Shown here: in pieces, positions 1 to 9,952 of the stretch
Layout of the letters: each line of letters starts with the position of its first letter
Numbering within the stretch: the stretch's first letter is position 1
NCBI GenBank assembly: GCA_964619725.1
Contig: CAZUFC010000040.1
Coordinates: 1 to 42,515, forward strand
Direction of reading: 5' to 3'
DNA length: 42,515 nt
Source: an uncultured bacterium
GTDB taxonomy: Bacteria; CSSED10-310; CAZUFC01
Made by a program: the position numbers and the translations under genes
Notes under the pieces: generated by a model
Databases searched by the model: none
The model's input: only the letters and a program-made list of their open reading frames with translations
Told to the model about the DNA's origin: nothing

Positions 1-100
1 GACCGCAAGGCCAACAGGGTGATCAGGGACCGACAGGCGCCACGGGACCGCAAGGCCAACAGGGTGATCAGGGACCGACAGGCGCCACGGGACCGCAAGG
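1..100 (+). repeat. Perfect 45-nt tandem repeat within the collagen region
   Basis: Bases 1-55 are identical to 46-100; the unit encodes [15 protein letters not shown]. Confidence 0.95.
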
Positions 101-1565
101 TCCACAAGGCGATCAAGGACCCACAGGAGCGACTGGCCCTCAAGGACCTCAGGGCGAGCAGGGATCGACTGGCGCAACGGGTCCCCAAGGTCCTCCAGGC
201 AGTCAGGGACCCATAGGGCCGACTGGACCTGCGGGGCCGACCGGAGCGACGGGTTCGCGAGGACCTTCTGGACCTACAGGTTCTACAGGCAGTCAGGGAC
301 CCATAGGACCGACTGGACCTACGGGACCGACCGGCGCGACAGGTTCACGAGGTCCTTCTGGTCCAACAGGAGCGACAGGAGCAACGGGAGCGCAGGGTCC
401 CACAGGTTCACGCGGTCCTTCAGGACCTACAGGAGCAACAGGGTCTCGCGGTCCCTCAGGCCCGACCGGCGCCACTGGAGCCACAGGAGCGCAGGGCCCG
501 ACCGGTTCACGCGGTCCTTCCGGACCCACAGGTTCTACCGGTTCACGCGGACCTTCAGGTCCCACGGGCGCTACTGGGGCGACTGGGGCTACAGGGGCAC
601 GCGGGCCTACCGGGTCACGCGGCCCGTCGGGGCCGGGAAACGGTTGGACGGACAACGGCGGCGACGTGCAATTGATCACAAGCAGCGACTATGTGGAAAT
701 CGGGGGTAACAGTCCGAGTTCCGACTATTCCAAACTTTATATCAACAGTAATAAAGCGCAATCGATTTACGCCGTACTGAACCATAGTCAGAATTCGCCA
801 AGGCCGTTTTCGATTTATACTACTTTGGATACTCCCAATTATACGACCAACGGCGGAGGTTTCCGGACCGACATCACGACCTCTAACGCTCCCATAGGAT
901 GGTGCTATGGAATGTTTTCCGGCATAAACGACGACGGCAACCGTAATTGTCGCGGTCTATACATAAGCGTCAGCGGTCAGGAATCCAATGACTACGGCAT
1001 TGAACTTTCCGTTAATTCTCCGGGTTATTCCATTTACTCGGCAGGCAGCGGCCAGAGTTATTTTGCGGGTTCTCTAAACAAGGCCGGCGGAGGTTTTAAA
1101 ATCGATCATCCTCTTGATCCCGCCGAAAAATATCTCTACCATTCGTACGTGGAAAGCCCCGACATGAAGAACGTTTACGACGGTGTTGCTGAGCTGGATG
1201 AGAACGGGGAGGCCTGGGTGAAACTCCCCTACTGGTTTGAAACCATCAACAAGGAATTTCGGTATCAATTAACGCCCATAGGCGCTCCAGGACCCAATCT
1301 CTACATCAGGCAAGAGCTTTCAGACAACAAATTCAAAATCAGCGGCGGCAGACCGGGAATGAAAGTTTCCTGGCAGATTACAGGCATACGTTGCGATCCC
1401 TGGGCGGAAAAATACAGACTCCCCGTAGAAGAACGCAAAAATGAATTTGAAATCGGACGCTACGCTCACCCGCAACTCTACGGACAACCAGACACACTCT
1501 CTATTGTCGGAGAAGAAATCGAGGCATTAAGGAACGAACCTCCTTTTGAACTGCCGCGTGACTAA
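3..1565 (+). CDS. Collagen-like (Gly-X-Y) fibre protein, 5'-truncated by the window edge, with a C-terminal tail-fibre/chaperone-like domain
   Basis: Frame 3 is open from the window start and continues into ORF 666..1565. Gly codons recur every 9 nt to ~630 ([15 protein letters not shown]). The C-terminus has [23 protein letters not shown]...FRYQLTPIG...VSWQITGIR, a motif I recognise from fibre-like proteins. Confidence 0.85.
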   Translation, partial: PQGQQGDQGPTGATGPQGQQGDQGPTGATGPQGPQGDQGPTGATGPQGPQGEQGSTGATGPQGPPGSQGPIGPTGPAGPTGATGSRGPSGPTGSTGSQGPIGPTGPTGPTGATGSRGPSGPTGATGATGAQGPTGSRGPSGPTGATGSRGPSGPTGATGATGAQGPTGSRGPSGPTGSTGSRGPSGPTGATGATGATGARGPTGSRGPSGPGNGWTDNGGDVQLITSSDYVEIGGNSPSSDYSKLYINSNKAQSIYAVLNHSQNSPRPFSIYTTLDTPNYTTNGGGFRTDITTSNAPIGWCYGMFSGINDDGNRNCRGLYISVSGQESNDYGIELSVNSPGYSIYSAGSGQSYFAGSLNKAGGGFKIDHPLDPAEKYLYHSYVESPDMKNVYDGVAELDENGEAWVKLPYWFETINKEFRYQLTPIGAPGPNLYIRQELSDNKFKISGGRPGMKVSWQITGIRCDPWAEKYRLPVEERKNEFEIGRYAHPQLYGQPDTLSIVGEEIEALRNEPPFELPRD

Positions 1566-1726
1566 TGGCCCAAAACAGCAGTCAAATGACTCGATAAGGA
1601 CCTTATTTCAAAATTCACCTCCTGGTCCGGTATTCGACTCACGACAATCACGACATCAATGCACTCTCTACAAATTTGATCTCAAATATGATTTATTGCC
1701 CTTGACGACCTGGAGTCAGTCTTATC

Positions 1727-2110
1727 TCAACTCTTTTTCTGGTTTAATTCCATGATTTGCAGTTGAATCTCTTTTAATTCTTTCAACAATTCAAAACGCG
1801 TTCTGTTAATAAAATATCTCATCAGGAACGCTACTCCGAACAAAAACCAGAAACAGGCCAGCACTCCGAACCATATCCGGGTCTCCATATTTTCCGCAAA
1901 GCCTCCCAGAAGAAGCATTGCGGTGCATAATATCACCAGGTAAATCCACATTGATCCGGTGATCCATTTTTCTCTTTTTAACCTCTTTTCATTTTGTTCC
2001 AGCATTCTGTCCATCTCCTTTCTGTATTTTTCCGCCGTCTCTCCGGCGCCTTCTTTTTCTGAAAGAAAACGGTTATAAAAATCATCCTCTTTATGGTTGA
2101 AAACTTTCAT
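1727..2110 (-). CDS. Putative anti-sigma factor (two TM helices)
   Basis: Overlaps the 3' end of the ECF gene. Charged N-terminus, two hydrophobic segments, C-terminal LLKELKEIQLQIMEL helix. Confidence 0.65.
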   Translation of the reverse strand: MKVFNHKEDDFYNRFLSEKEGAGETAEKYRKEMDRMLEQNEKRLKREKWITGSMWIYLVILCTAMLLLGGFAENMETRIWFGVLACFWFLFGVAFLMRYFINRTRFELLKELKEIQLQIMELNQKKS

Positions 2111-2687
2111 TTTTTTGTTTCTCCAGTAATTCCCTCAGTCGACTCTTGGCATAATGCAACCGGGACCTTACGACACCGATGCCGCATCCGCTCACTTCCG
2201 CTATTTCCCTGTATTTCATGCCCTCAAAGAAAAAAAGCACAATGACTTCCCGGTGAGGTGCACTTAGTTGCTCCAGCAATCCATGAATCGAATGCGCATC
2301 GATTTTTTGCCCTATCGGCGAATCATTCCTCTCCTCCACTCCGACTTCCGCCTTCAACTCTTCCCTGAGTCTCCGCCGGGAATATTCGCTTCTCACTCGA
2401 CTCACGGCTTTACAATGAGCTATACGATACAACCATGTCCGGAAAGCGTTGACGTCGTTCAACTCCCTTATTTTCCGGAAAACGGTCATCCAGACCTCCT
2501 GAAGAACGTCGTAGGCATCCTGTTCATTTTTAATAAACCGCATGATGTAATACAAAAGTCGCTTTTCCCATCTTTCCGTCAGTTCACGAAACGCCCCGGA
2601 TTCCCCTAAACAGCAACGTAATACGATCAGCTCCTCTTTAACTCTATTCTTATTTTTTTGCTTCGTGTTCTTCATCGTCTGCCCCAT
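2091..2687 (-). CDS. ECF-type RNA polymerase sigma-70 factor
   Basis: Region 2: DAYDVLQEVW...AFRTWLYRIAH. Region 4: LSAPHREVIVLFFFEGMKYREIAEVSG...VRSRLHYAK. Confidence 0.95.
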   Translation of the reverse strand: MGQTMKNTKQKNKNRVKEELIVLRCCLGESGAFRELTERWEKRLLYYIMRFIKNEQDAYDVLQEVWMTVFRKIRELNDVNAFRTWLYRIAHCKAVSRVRSEYSRRRLREELKAEVGVEERNDSPIGQKIDAHSIHGLLEQLSAPHREVIVLFFFEGMKYREIAEVSGCGIGVVRSRLHYAKSRLRELLEKQKNESFQP

Positions 2688-2696
2688 CTCGTTATA

Positions 2697-2724
2697 GAGT
2701 CGCTTGAAGCCGTCTTTTTGTTCA
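2697..2724 (-). promoter_or_regulatory. Candidate ECF-dependent autoregulatory promoter TGAAC-N17-CGACTC
   Basis: The minus strand reads TGAAC aaaaagacggcttcaag CGACTC tataacgag ATG directly upstream of the ECF gene. Confidence 0.55.
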
Positions 2725-2899
2725 AATATAAATTTGAAAAGACTCTCTTTCGCTGCCGTAGACTGTTTTACAAGAGTAATGAAATGTGAACTATTGAATA
2801 ATATTAGAATTTTTAAATGTTTTTGCCGGCTGAGGATTCTTTATAGTTCAGCAAACCGGCATAGGCTGAAGACAATCGGAAAGTCTGCGCGATGCAGTA

Positions 2900-5800
2900 T
2901 CAGTTTTGTTTTTGTCTCGAAGGATCAACAGAGAGTTTTCCCGATTTTGGGACATTTTCCTCTGAAGTCGATTCCTGCCGGGAAAAGCTCCGATTCAAAA
3001 TTTTTAGTCCGATTTCCCTGTTGAATTTCGATCTTGACCGTGCCAGTTTCTGGAGGGCTTCTTCCGCGTTTTTACCTCCAATTTTCCCGAGCGCTTCGGC
3101 CGCTTTAACCAATAAATTCTGTCGTTTCTTGCGCGCTAATAAGACGTTGTTCTTGACGAACGGCAGAAGGCTGTCTATAACGCTTTCATCCCTCAATTCG
3201 CCCAGGGCTTCGATAATGGCTCCGTTCAGGTCTTCTTCCTCCGAGCTGAAAAGAGCGGGTTTTTTCAGATATTTCAGCAGGTGGAAGGAGGACCTTTTTG
3301 AACCTGTCATGCCCAGCCAGTAAATGGCTGTTTTTCTGACATTGATGTCCCTGTCTTCCAGGAAAGTTATCAGAAGGTTCTCAACGTCGGGACCGTTTAT
3401 TCTTCCAATGGCTTCGGCTGCCGCCTTCCTTACCACAGCGTTCGGATCGTTTTTAAGTTTAAGGACCAGGGGGATGTCGTCTGTTTTGCCTACGTGTCCG
3501 ATTATGTTTAAAGCGTTGCGTTTAACGAACCACTGTTTGCTGTTCAAAAGGCAGGCGACAGATTTTAATACAGGCGATCCAATTTCAATAAGACAGTCCA
3601 TCGCCGCCTTGCGCACGATCCTCGAATCATTAGTCCGCAACACTTCCACTAAAGGTCTGACGGCATACACCCCTATGGAACTCAACGCTTTGGCGCACGC
3701 TCCGCTGACCGCTCGATCACTTAATAAATCCACCAGCGTCAAAACAACCACTTCATCACGCTCGATGCTCAGCGCCTGAACGGCCGCCCTCCGTTCCTCA
3801 TTCGTCCGCCCGGCTCTGTCTTCAACGATTTGCAGCATCCGGCGACTGATCCGGCGGCTTACATTTTCCTGTTCGGATGCCTTGAGACTGCAGGCTGCTC
3901 CGGCCAGCGTACGGATTATTTCCAATGAAAATGAAGCGTCGTCTCGTCGCTCAAGCAATCCGATCAATCGTTCCGTTATCTCCTCCAAAATGAGATATTT
4001 TTTGTCCTTGATTATTATATCCATCATACGGGAGACTATTTGAAGCGCATCCGCAGCAGGTTCACCATCACCCGACGAACAGGTCTCTACCAGTTCAAGA
4101 TAAGGCGAAACAACCGCCATACAAGTTGCTTTCCTGTTTTTCCGGCACAAGCTTTTCACCCTCTCTACAGAAAGAAAAGCATTTTCAGAGGATGTCAATT
4201 CCCGACTCGCACCGCCCCGCAGCTTATCAACAAATTCAAAATCAGAATCACCCTCAAAGAAATATTGCCTGATCACTCCGTCAAGCAATTCGACTCGCGC
4301 TCCCCGGGAAATCAACTTATTCCTGGTTTTATATATGACCGTCTCCTTGAACGGCCTCTCCGTATGTTCTAAAATGTACTGCAGAAACTGAAGACACGGT
4401 ATCAACTGAGCAGGATCATCATTCGATATGGCATACTCTCCCGGAGGAAGATTCCGGATCAACTCCTCTTCCACAAGACTCGCCTTCTCATCAGGAGAAG
4501 CAAGCTCCAGAAGCCTGCAGGTCAAATATTCATAAGCTTCATCATCGGTATTTAAATTAGATATCAACGCATATTTCAATGGAAAATTCAGTTGAGCGAA
4601 TGAATGAGCCAGCGTTTTGAAAATTTCAGGCAATTCATCAGGATGAGTCATATCAAAGATTATATGCAAAAAACGTAAAGCGCTCTGACGCAGAAGACTC
4701 ACCTGCAGTTCCCTTTCCTCGAAATTTCTGGAAATAGGGCCGGCAGTTTCTTCCAGTAACCGGGATATAATGGCGGGATGCTCTTCCAGGATGTCCTGCA
4801 AGGAACCTTCTTCCTTTACGGTATTTAAAAATTTACCCCAACTGGAAATATGTTCCGGCAAAGGAGGTCCCGCTTTTTCAGCATCATCGCCGATTTCTTC
4901 GATTAAAATCTGGTTGATTTTTGAATTTTGAAGTATCTGGGAATATTCACCGTGGCGAAATACTTGAGATTGCCTCCCGATAAAAGACTCCAGCGCTTTT
5001 TTGAGAACTTCCGTATTAACGCCGTGCAGAAAAGTGACGCTTTTAATTCCCATCCTTTTCATCTGTTTACGGAACTTACTGAAAGTCGCATTGTCCTCTT
5101 TCAAAAGCATGCCGTCAAGAATGAGACTTTTTTCTTCAAAGGATACAGTCATTTTCTGATTCTGTTCCAGATACTCACCCAGTCGTATGGCGGTCATGGC
5201 TATTATTTCATGCAGCTTGGGATGACTGACGGGATACCACCCGGCATATTTGATTCCCATCTGGATGCCTTTGAAAACGGATTCAGCCCATTGTTCCAGA
5301 TGAATATCGGCCGTGTCGCGGCGCCTGGATTCAATATTTATCTCGGAAGCCGTAGACCTGCTGCGGGAAGTGCTGATGATCTGAACGTAATCGCTTTTGA
5401 TCAGATCAGCCGTGCTTTCCATAGCCAGGTAAGGATGAACGCCCAGGCTGTCCGCTACTTCACGCAGATTGGCCTTTCCGTCAAGCGCAACTAGAATTCG
5501 GGCTACATCTGGATTCAGAGTCTCGGTCGTCATATCACGTTGTTTTCTCACCAGAACAACATGCAACGAACAAAAATCCGGATGTATTCTCTTAAGCTCA
5601 TCCAGACGGGACAAACATTCGAGTAATAATCCCTCAACCGATAAAGCCACGTTGACTTCCTGGCGGCCGGCAGCTTTGGCGTTGATGGCAAAATCATAAG
5701 AACCCTCGTTCCAGCCCAGAATCTCTACCAGGTTCATTTTTACATAGTCTTCCGATATATGCGCCGCCTGCTCTCCACTCAATGCCGTCTTCTCAGCCAA

Positions 5801-6076
5801 AAGATGAGTTATGTTCGCATCCGGTTGATTCAATCCCCGCTGTATGTTGCTGTACTCATGCAAATCTATGATGCGGTTTTTCATTAAATGATCGAGAAAA
5901 CTGATCTTCTTGGACTGGCGCTGTTGAATCAGCGTCCGGATAATCCCGACGTCGAATTCAACGAAAAACTGGTCCGTCCCGCGGCGCAATGTCAACACGC
6001 CGCTTTTTCTCTGCATCCCGATCAGTTGAAAAATGTCCGATAAATCAAAATCAGATATGTCGCCCTTTAAAGCCAT
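2900..6076 (-). CDS. DUF4388 (PATAN-like) domain protein with C-terminal HEAT repeats
   Basis: N-terminal LKGDISDFDLSDIFQLIGMQRKSGVLTL and GWNEGSYDF; wHTH-like LDGKANLREVADSLG; HEAT units WFVKRNALNIIG, AVVRKAAAEAIG, NVRKTAIYWLG. Confidence 0.85.
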   Translation of the reverse strand: MALKGDISDFDLSDIFQLIGMQRKSGVLTLRRGTDQFFVEFDVGIIRTLIQQRQSKKISFLDHLMKNRIIDLHEYSNIQRGLNQPDANITHLLAEKTALSGEQAAHISEDYVKMNLVEILGWNEGSYDFAINAKAAGRQEVNVALSVEGLLLECLSRLDELKRIHPDFCSLHVVLVRKQRDMTTETLNPDVARILVALDGKANLREVADSLGVHPYLAMESTADLIKSDYVQIISTSRSRSTASEINIESRRRDTADIHLEQWAESVFKGIQMGIKYAGWYPVSHPKLHEIIAMTAIRLGEYLEQNQKMTVSFEEKSLILDGMLLKEDNATFSKFRKQMKRMGIKSVTFLHGVNTEVLKKALESFIGRQSQVFRHGEYSQILQNSKINQILIEEIGDDAEKAGPPLPEHISSWGKFLNTVKEEGSLQDILEEHPAIISRLLEETAGPISRNFEERELQVSLLRQSALRFLHIIFDMTHPDELPEIFKTLAHSFAQLNFPLKYALISNLNTDDEAYEYLTCRLLELASPDEKASLVEEELIRNLPPGEYAISNDDPAQLIPCLQFLQYILEHTERPFKETVIYKTRNKLISRGARVELLDGVIRQYFFEGDSDFEFVDKLRGGASRELTSSENAFLSVERVKSLCRKNRKATCMAVVSPYLELVETCSSGDGEPAADALQIVSRMMDIIIKDKKYLILEEITERLIGLLERRDDASFSLEIIRTLAGAACSLKASEQENVSRRISRRMLQIVEDRAGRTNEERRAAVQALSIERDEVVVLTLVDLLSDRAVSGACAKALSSIGVYAVRPLVEVLRTNDSRIVRKAAMDCLIEIGSPVLKSVACLLNSKQWFVKRNALNIIGHVGKTDDIPLVLKLKNDPNAVVRKAAAEAIGRINGPDVENLLITFLEDRDINVRKTAIYWLGMTGSKRSSFHLLKYLKKPALFSSEEEDLNGAIIEALGELRDESVIDSLLPFVKNNVLLARKKRQNLLVKAAEALGKIGGKNAEEALQKLARSRSKFNREIGLKILNRSFSRQESTSEENVPKSGKLSVDPSRQKQN

Positions 6077-6241
6077 CGTGTTGATCCCTCTCTTATTTTA
6101 TACCTCGCATTCATGGCTCTTGCTCTCTACAAACGATCACTGAATACAAACATCCCGTTTGGATTCGCGAGTATCGCAATCATTTTAAGACTTTTTTAAT
6201 TAAAATGCAAATTTCATTCAGGCCGGCCGGCCCAGCTCTTT

Positions 6242-8098
6242 TTAATTTCTGCTGGTTTGCGAAGGGCTCTGACCCCCTCGCAGATTCAGTTTTTTCAGGA
6301 ATATTTCTGCGAAGACGCCCAAATACCGGGGATCGCGGTTGTTGGGATCGTGGAAACGGGGCACGAAGCCTGTTCTGGAAGAAACAGCTATTTTGTAGAT
6401 ATAAGAAGGATCGCCGGCAAGATTGTAATAAACAAAATCCGGATCAACCTCAAAAATCACGACTTTTTCCTGACCCGGCGTCAAGTCGATCTTTCGTTTT
6501 TCACCGCCTATTTTAACTTTAACTCTGTTGGCGATCGGCCCGTTCCGCAATCTAACGGAAACAGCCTCCGCAGGCTTCCAGGCTCGCAGGCCCATTTCAG
6601 CCTCCCTTTCGCCTCTGACCCAGAATCCCTGCATTTCTTTCCCGTAAGTATTGTCGTCGACCAGGTAGATGAAATAGGAGGGCTCCTTTTCAAAAGCTAT
6701 GCGGGAATGTCCCGGATCGTCCGAAGGCCAACTGTTGATCAGCGATAACTCGAAAGGAAAAAGCGTAAAAGGAAATTCTTTAGTGTGATCTTCATATCTG
6801 TAGGTTGTGAATATAGGCCTGACATTGATTTGACTGAAAAAAAGACTGCCGACGATCGCTGTTATCCATAAGGGCGCTGCCGAGCGAATTCGGGGAATCA
6901 GAAAAAAAAATGCGGCATAACCATACATGAAATAACGGTTTCCCACGGCCCCGCTTCCTCCGTGATAATTGGTGGGAATATAGACCAGATGAAAAAGCAC
7001 GTAGATGACCAGCGCCGTCGCCAGCACCCATTGCCTTAACTGTTTTCTGTTGAACAGCATTAGAAAGACTGCCGTTACTGCAGGGAAAAAATAAAGAAAT
7101 AAACCGGTGAAACGACCGAAGAAAAAATAAAATAAATTGTGGAACAACGGCGACCAGTGAAAGACGAATTTGGTCGATTCCGTCGAAATAAGGTCGCCTG
7201 TATTTTTGAAATGAATTCCTTCGGCCTCAAAAGGGAAATGCCCCACTATTCTCTTTCTGAATCCGCTGTGGGAGAACCATTGACCGGTCAGGAGGCAATT
7301 GACGCCGAAGTAAAAGATTACGATGATCAGCACAGCGGCGGCCGGTTTCAAAAGAAGCAGCAGATATTTTCTCCAGCGGAAAGGAATTAGTTTTCGTTTG
7401 AGTTCCTGAAGAAGAATAACGCCGACAGGGAGGAAAAAAACGGCATTAGGGGGCCTTGATGCGGCTGAAAGGGCCGTCAGGATAACTGATATCCATAAGG
7501 GTCTGTTCTCTTTCATCAGGAATTCCGGAAATTTGACTTTGCCGGCGGCGTAAGCGAAATAAAGAGCAAAAAATAACAGACAAAGATTGAAACTTTCCGG
7601 AGTCAACTGGAAGGAATAGACGTAGGCGGGCGAAAAAAAGAAGAAAAGAACCGGAAAAACAAAGGCATAAAGGGGATGGGAATCCGTTTTCAAGTAAAGG
7701 TATCCGGCAATAAGGCAGAGCATAAGAAGAAGAAAATGAAGAAACAGAAATCCGTTGACGTGAAAAAGGCGGAAGAAGGGAGCGACGAAAAGTGGGTAAA
7801 GCCAGGGTTTTGCATAATGAATGTCTGCGATGTTTTCCGGGTCTGCAGTGAGCAGAATGCCCTGGGGGCCGTGAATCCAATGGTGATACACCCGGTCCAG
7901 GTCCTCAGCCGTATACCTTAAATCCAAATCCTCCGCCAGACTCTGCGTCATCGTATAATAGACAGCTTCATCACCCACGAATTCAATGGCTGCCTTCGGA
8001 TAATTAATGGTCAGAGCCAGACAGGCCAGAAAAACGGAAACCAGTCCGTACATCCATCTGAGGCATCGCTTCAGTTCAGAATTCTCTTTCTCTCTCAT
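6242..8098 (-). CDS. Polytopic membrane protein, probable GT-C fold glycosyltransferase
   Basis: Many TM segments; acidic GDEAVYY motif after TM1; GNRYF motif; soluble C-terminal domain. ATGA overlap with the upstream GT2 gene. Confidence 0.6.
   Translation of the reverse strand: MREKENSELKRCLRWMYGLVSVFLACLALTINYPKAAIEFVGDEAVYYTMTQSLAEDLDLRYTAEDLDRVYHHWIHGPQGILLTADPENIADIHYAKPWLYPLFVAPFFRLFHVNGFLFLHFLLLMLCLIAGYLYLKTDSHPLYAFVFPVLFFFFSPAYVYSFQLTPESFNLCLLFFALYFAYAAGKVKFPEFLMKENRPLWISVILTALSAASRPPNAVFFLPVGVILLQELKRKLIPFRWRKYLLLLLKPAAAVLIIVIFYFGVNCLLTGQWFSHSGFRKRIVGHFPFEAEGIHFKNTGDLISTESTKFVFHWSPLFHNLFYFFFGRFTGLFLYFFPAVTAVFLMLFNRKQLRQWVLATALVIYVLFHLVYIPTNYHGGSGAVGNRYFMYGYAAFFFLIPRIRSAAPLWITAIVGSLFFSQINVRPIFTTYRYEDHTKEFPFTLFPFELSLINSWPSDDPGHSRIAFEKEPSYFIYLVDDNTYGKEMQGFWVRGEREAEMGLRAWKPAEAVSVRLRNGPIANRVKVKIGGEKRKIDLTPGQEKVVIFEVDPDFVYYNLAGDPSYIYKIAVSSRTGFVPRFHDPNNRDPRYLGVFAEIFLKKLNLRGGQSPSQTSRN
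6260..6282. repeat. REP-like element copy 1 (CGAAGGGCTCTGACCCC)
   Basis: 17/17 identical to 17192-17208; sits in an imperfect palindrome TGCGAAGGG...CCCCTCGCA. Confidence 0.65.
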
Positions 8099-9087
8099 TT
8101 GTTCAGAAATTCGCGAACCAGATAAATAGGTTTGTTCTGCGACTCATAATAGGTCCTGATGTTGACCTCGCCGAGCAAGCCCAGAATGATGAACTGTATG
8201 CCGACGATAATGAAAATGCCGGTCGCCCACAACAGGGGATTACGCGTCATGGTTCTGATAGGATTTCCGTCGATCGTTATAATGCGCATCAGAATGGTGG
8301 CTATCCCGCTGAGCAATCCCAGAAAAATGCTCGCCAGCCCCCAGGCGCCGAATATCTGTATGGGGCGGGTTGAGTAACTCAACAGAAACTTGACGGTAAT
8401 TAAATCCAGAATAACGCGGAAAGTTCGAGACAATCCATACTTGGACTTCCCATGGCAGCGGGGATGATGAGAAACCGGTATTTCCGCTATGCTCGCTCCC
8501 ACCCATGAAGCAAGCACCGGCAAAAAACGATGCATCTCCCCGTATAAATTGATGTGCCTGATCAGATCGCGACGATAAGCCTTCAACGAACATCCCATAT
8601 CATGCACATTGACGCCCGTGATGCCCGCTATTATTTTATTGGCGATCAATGAAGGCAAAATGCGGCTCCAGAACGGGTCCTTCCTCTCCTTCCTCCAGCC
8701 GCTTACCATGTCATATCCCTCCTCCAGCTTGGTCAGAAGCCTGGGTATATCCTCAGGATCATTCTGCAAATCACCGTCGCTTGTTATGATCACTTCACCT
8801 CGCGCATGCCTGAAACCGGCCGACAATGCCGCCGTCTGTCCGAAATTGCGCCTCAGTCTTATCACTCGCACTCGATTATCTCCCCCCGCAATCTCCTTCA
8901 ATTTTTCAAATGTCCCGTCCATACTCCCGTCATCTATGTAAATGACTTCATACTCCCTACCCATACTCGATAAAACCCGAATCAACCTCTCATGAAGTTG
9001 CCCCACGTTTTCCTCTTCATTGTACAATGGAATAATCATCGAATACTTGAGGCTTTTATCCTTTTCCGAATTCCCGGCTCTCTCCAT
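8095..9087 (-). CDS. GT2 polyprenyl-phosphate glycosyltransferase (ArnC/GtrB/DPM1-like)
   Basis: IIPLYNEEENV, IDDGSMDGT, RRNFGQTAALSAG, DGDLQNDPEDIP, GEMHRFLP; two C-terminal TM helices. Confidence 0.93.
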   Translation of the reverse strand: MERAGNSEKDKSLKYSMIIPLYNEEENVGQLHERLIRVLSSMGREYEVIYIDDGSMDGTFEKLKEIAGGDNRVRVIRLRRNFGQTAALSAGFRHARGEVIITSDGDLQNDPEDIPRLLTKLEEGYDMVSGWRKERKDPFWSRILPSLIANKIIAGITGVNVHDMGCSLKAYRRDLIRHINLYGEMHRFLPVLASWVGASIAEIPVSHHPRCHGKSKYGLSRTFRVILDLITVKFLLSYSTRPIQIFGAWGLASIFLGLLSGIATILMRIITIDGNPIRTMTRNPLLWATGIFIIVGIQFIILGLLGEVNIRTYYESQNKPIYLVREFLNK

Positions 9088-9139
9088 TTCACCTTCCTAC
9101 AAACTAAAAAATTATGAATGACGCTCAAAACGAGATTCC

Positions 9140-9168
9140 ATGCTAAATTCAGAAAGACGCTATGTCAA
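9140..9168 (-). promoter_or_regulatory. Sigma70-like promoter TTGACA-N17-TAGCAT
   Basis: Consensus -35 and 17-nt spacer upstream of the GT2 gene. Confidence 0.55.
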
Positions 9169-9254
9169 CCCTGATGAGTCCCTCTGCACCTTGAAAATAA
9201 CTGCGCCGCAAAAAGCGTAACCGCCATTTGATCAGTCCCGAATTCAGTGGAAAG

Positions 9255-9833
9255 TCAATCAGTAATCTCTACCAGCTTGTCGTCCTCAAACTTGTAAATA
9301 ACCATGTCAAAACGGCTTTTCATATAGTCTAGCTCATCTTCATTCGGATCATGATTGATCGCTCCCGTTCGCTTGAAAGGAGGCGTATAACTGTAAGGCG
9401 GATACCCCACAGCCTTGAATACCCCCTGACGAGTCATCCCTTCCTTTACCTTCCCCGCCTTGATTCCTTCACGGTCCGATTCGCTTAATCCTTCCATCGA
9501 CGGCTTCGAATCCCCGAATACCCTGTCGACAACCTCTTCGTACGACGGCCTGGCATCCTCAAGATCGAATTCATACTTTTCATCATAACCTTCCGCCTTG
9601 AATACCATTTCTTCCTTGTTTACATCTGTTATTTCCACTTTCGTCCCAATCGGCAAATAATCGCCCACGCCGATAAAATTCACCCATGAAACGCTCCCGT
9701 TCTGATGCCATAAATTGTGCTGCAAATAAAATGTCTTACCCTCATACTTCTCTCGCAACTCCTTTTTATTCAAAGCTGAAACATATCCCGTAAACACTGT
9801 CGACAAAATGATCAAAAAAATCGCGATTCTCAT
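9255..9833 (-). CDS. Secreted hypothetical protein with an SmpA/BamE-like motif
   Basis: Signal peptide MRIAIFLIILSTVFTGYVSA; AGGAG RBS; GKVKEGMTRQGVFKAVGYP motif. Confidence 0.7.
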   Translation of the reverse strand: MRIAIFLIILSTVFTGYVSALNKKELREKYEGKTFYLQHNLWHQNGSVSWVNFIGVGDYLPIGTKVEITDVNKEEMVFKAEGYDEKYEFDLEDARPSYEEVVDRVFGDSKPSMEGLSESDREGIKAGKVKEGMTRQGVFKAVGYPPYSYTPPFKRTGAINHDPNEDELDYMKSRFDMVIYKFEDDKLVEITD

Positions 9834-9923
9834 TGCTCTTTCCTCCTTGCTTTCACTCTTCTTGTTTTACGAATACTTCACATCAATCCCGGTTATCCGC
9901 CTAACAGATTGATATTACTAAAA

Positions 9924-9952
9924 AACATAAGTCATTTCAGGATTCCTGTCAA
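9924..9952 (-). promoter_or_regulatory. Sigma70-like promoter TTGACA-N17-TATGTT
   Basis: Consensus -35 and 17-nt spacer upstream of 9833. Confidence 0.55.
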
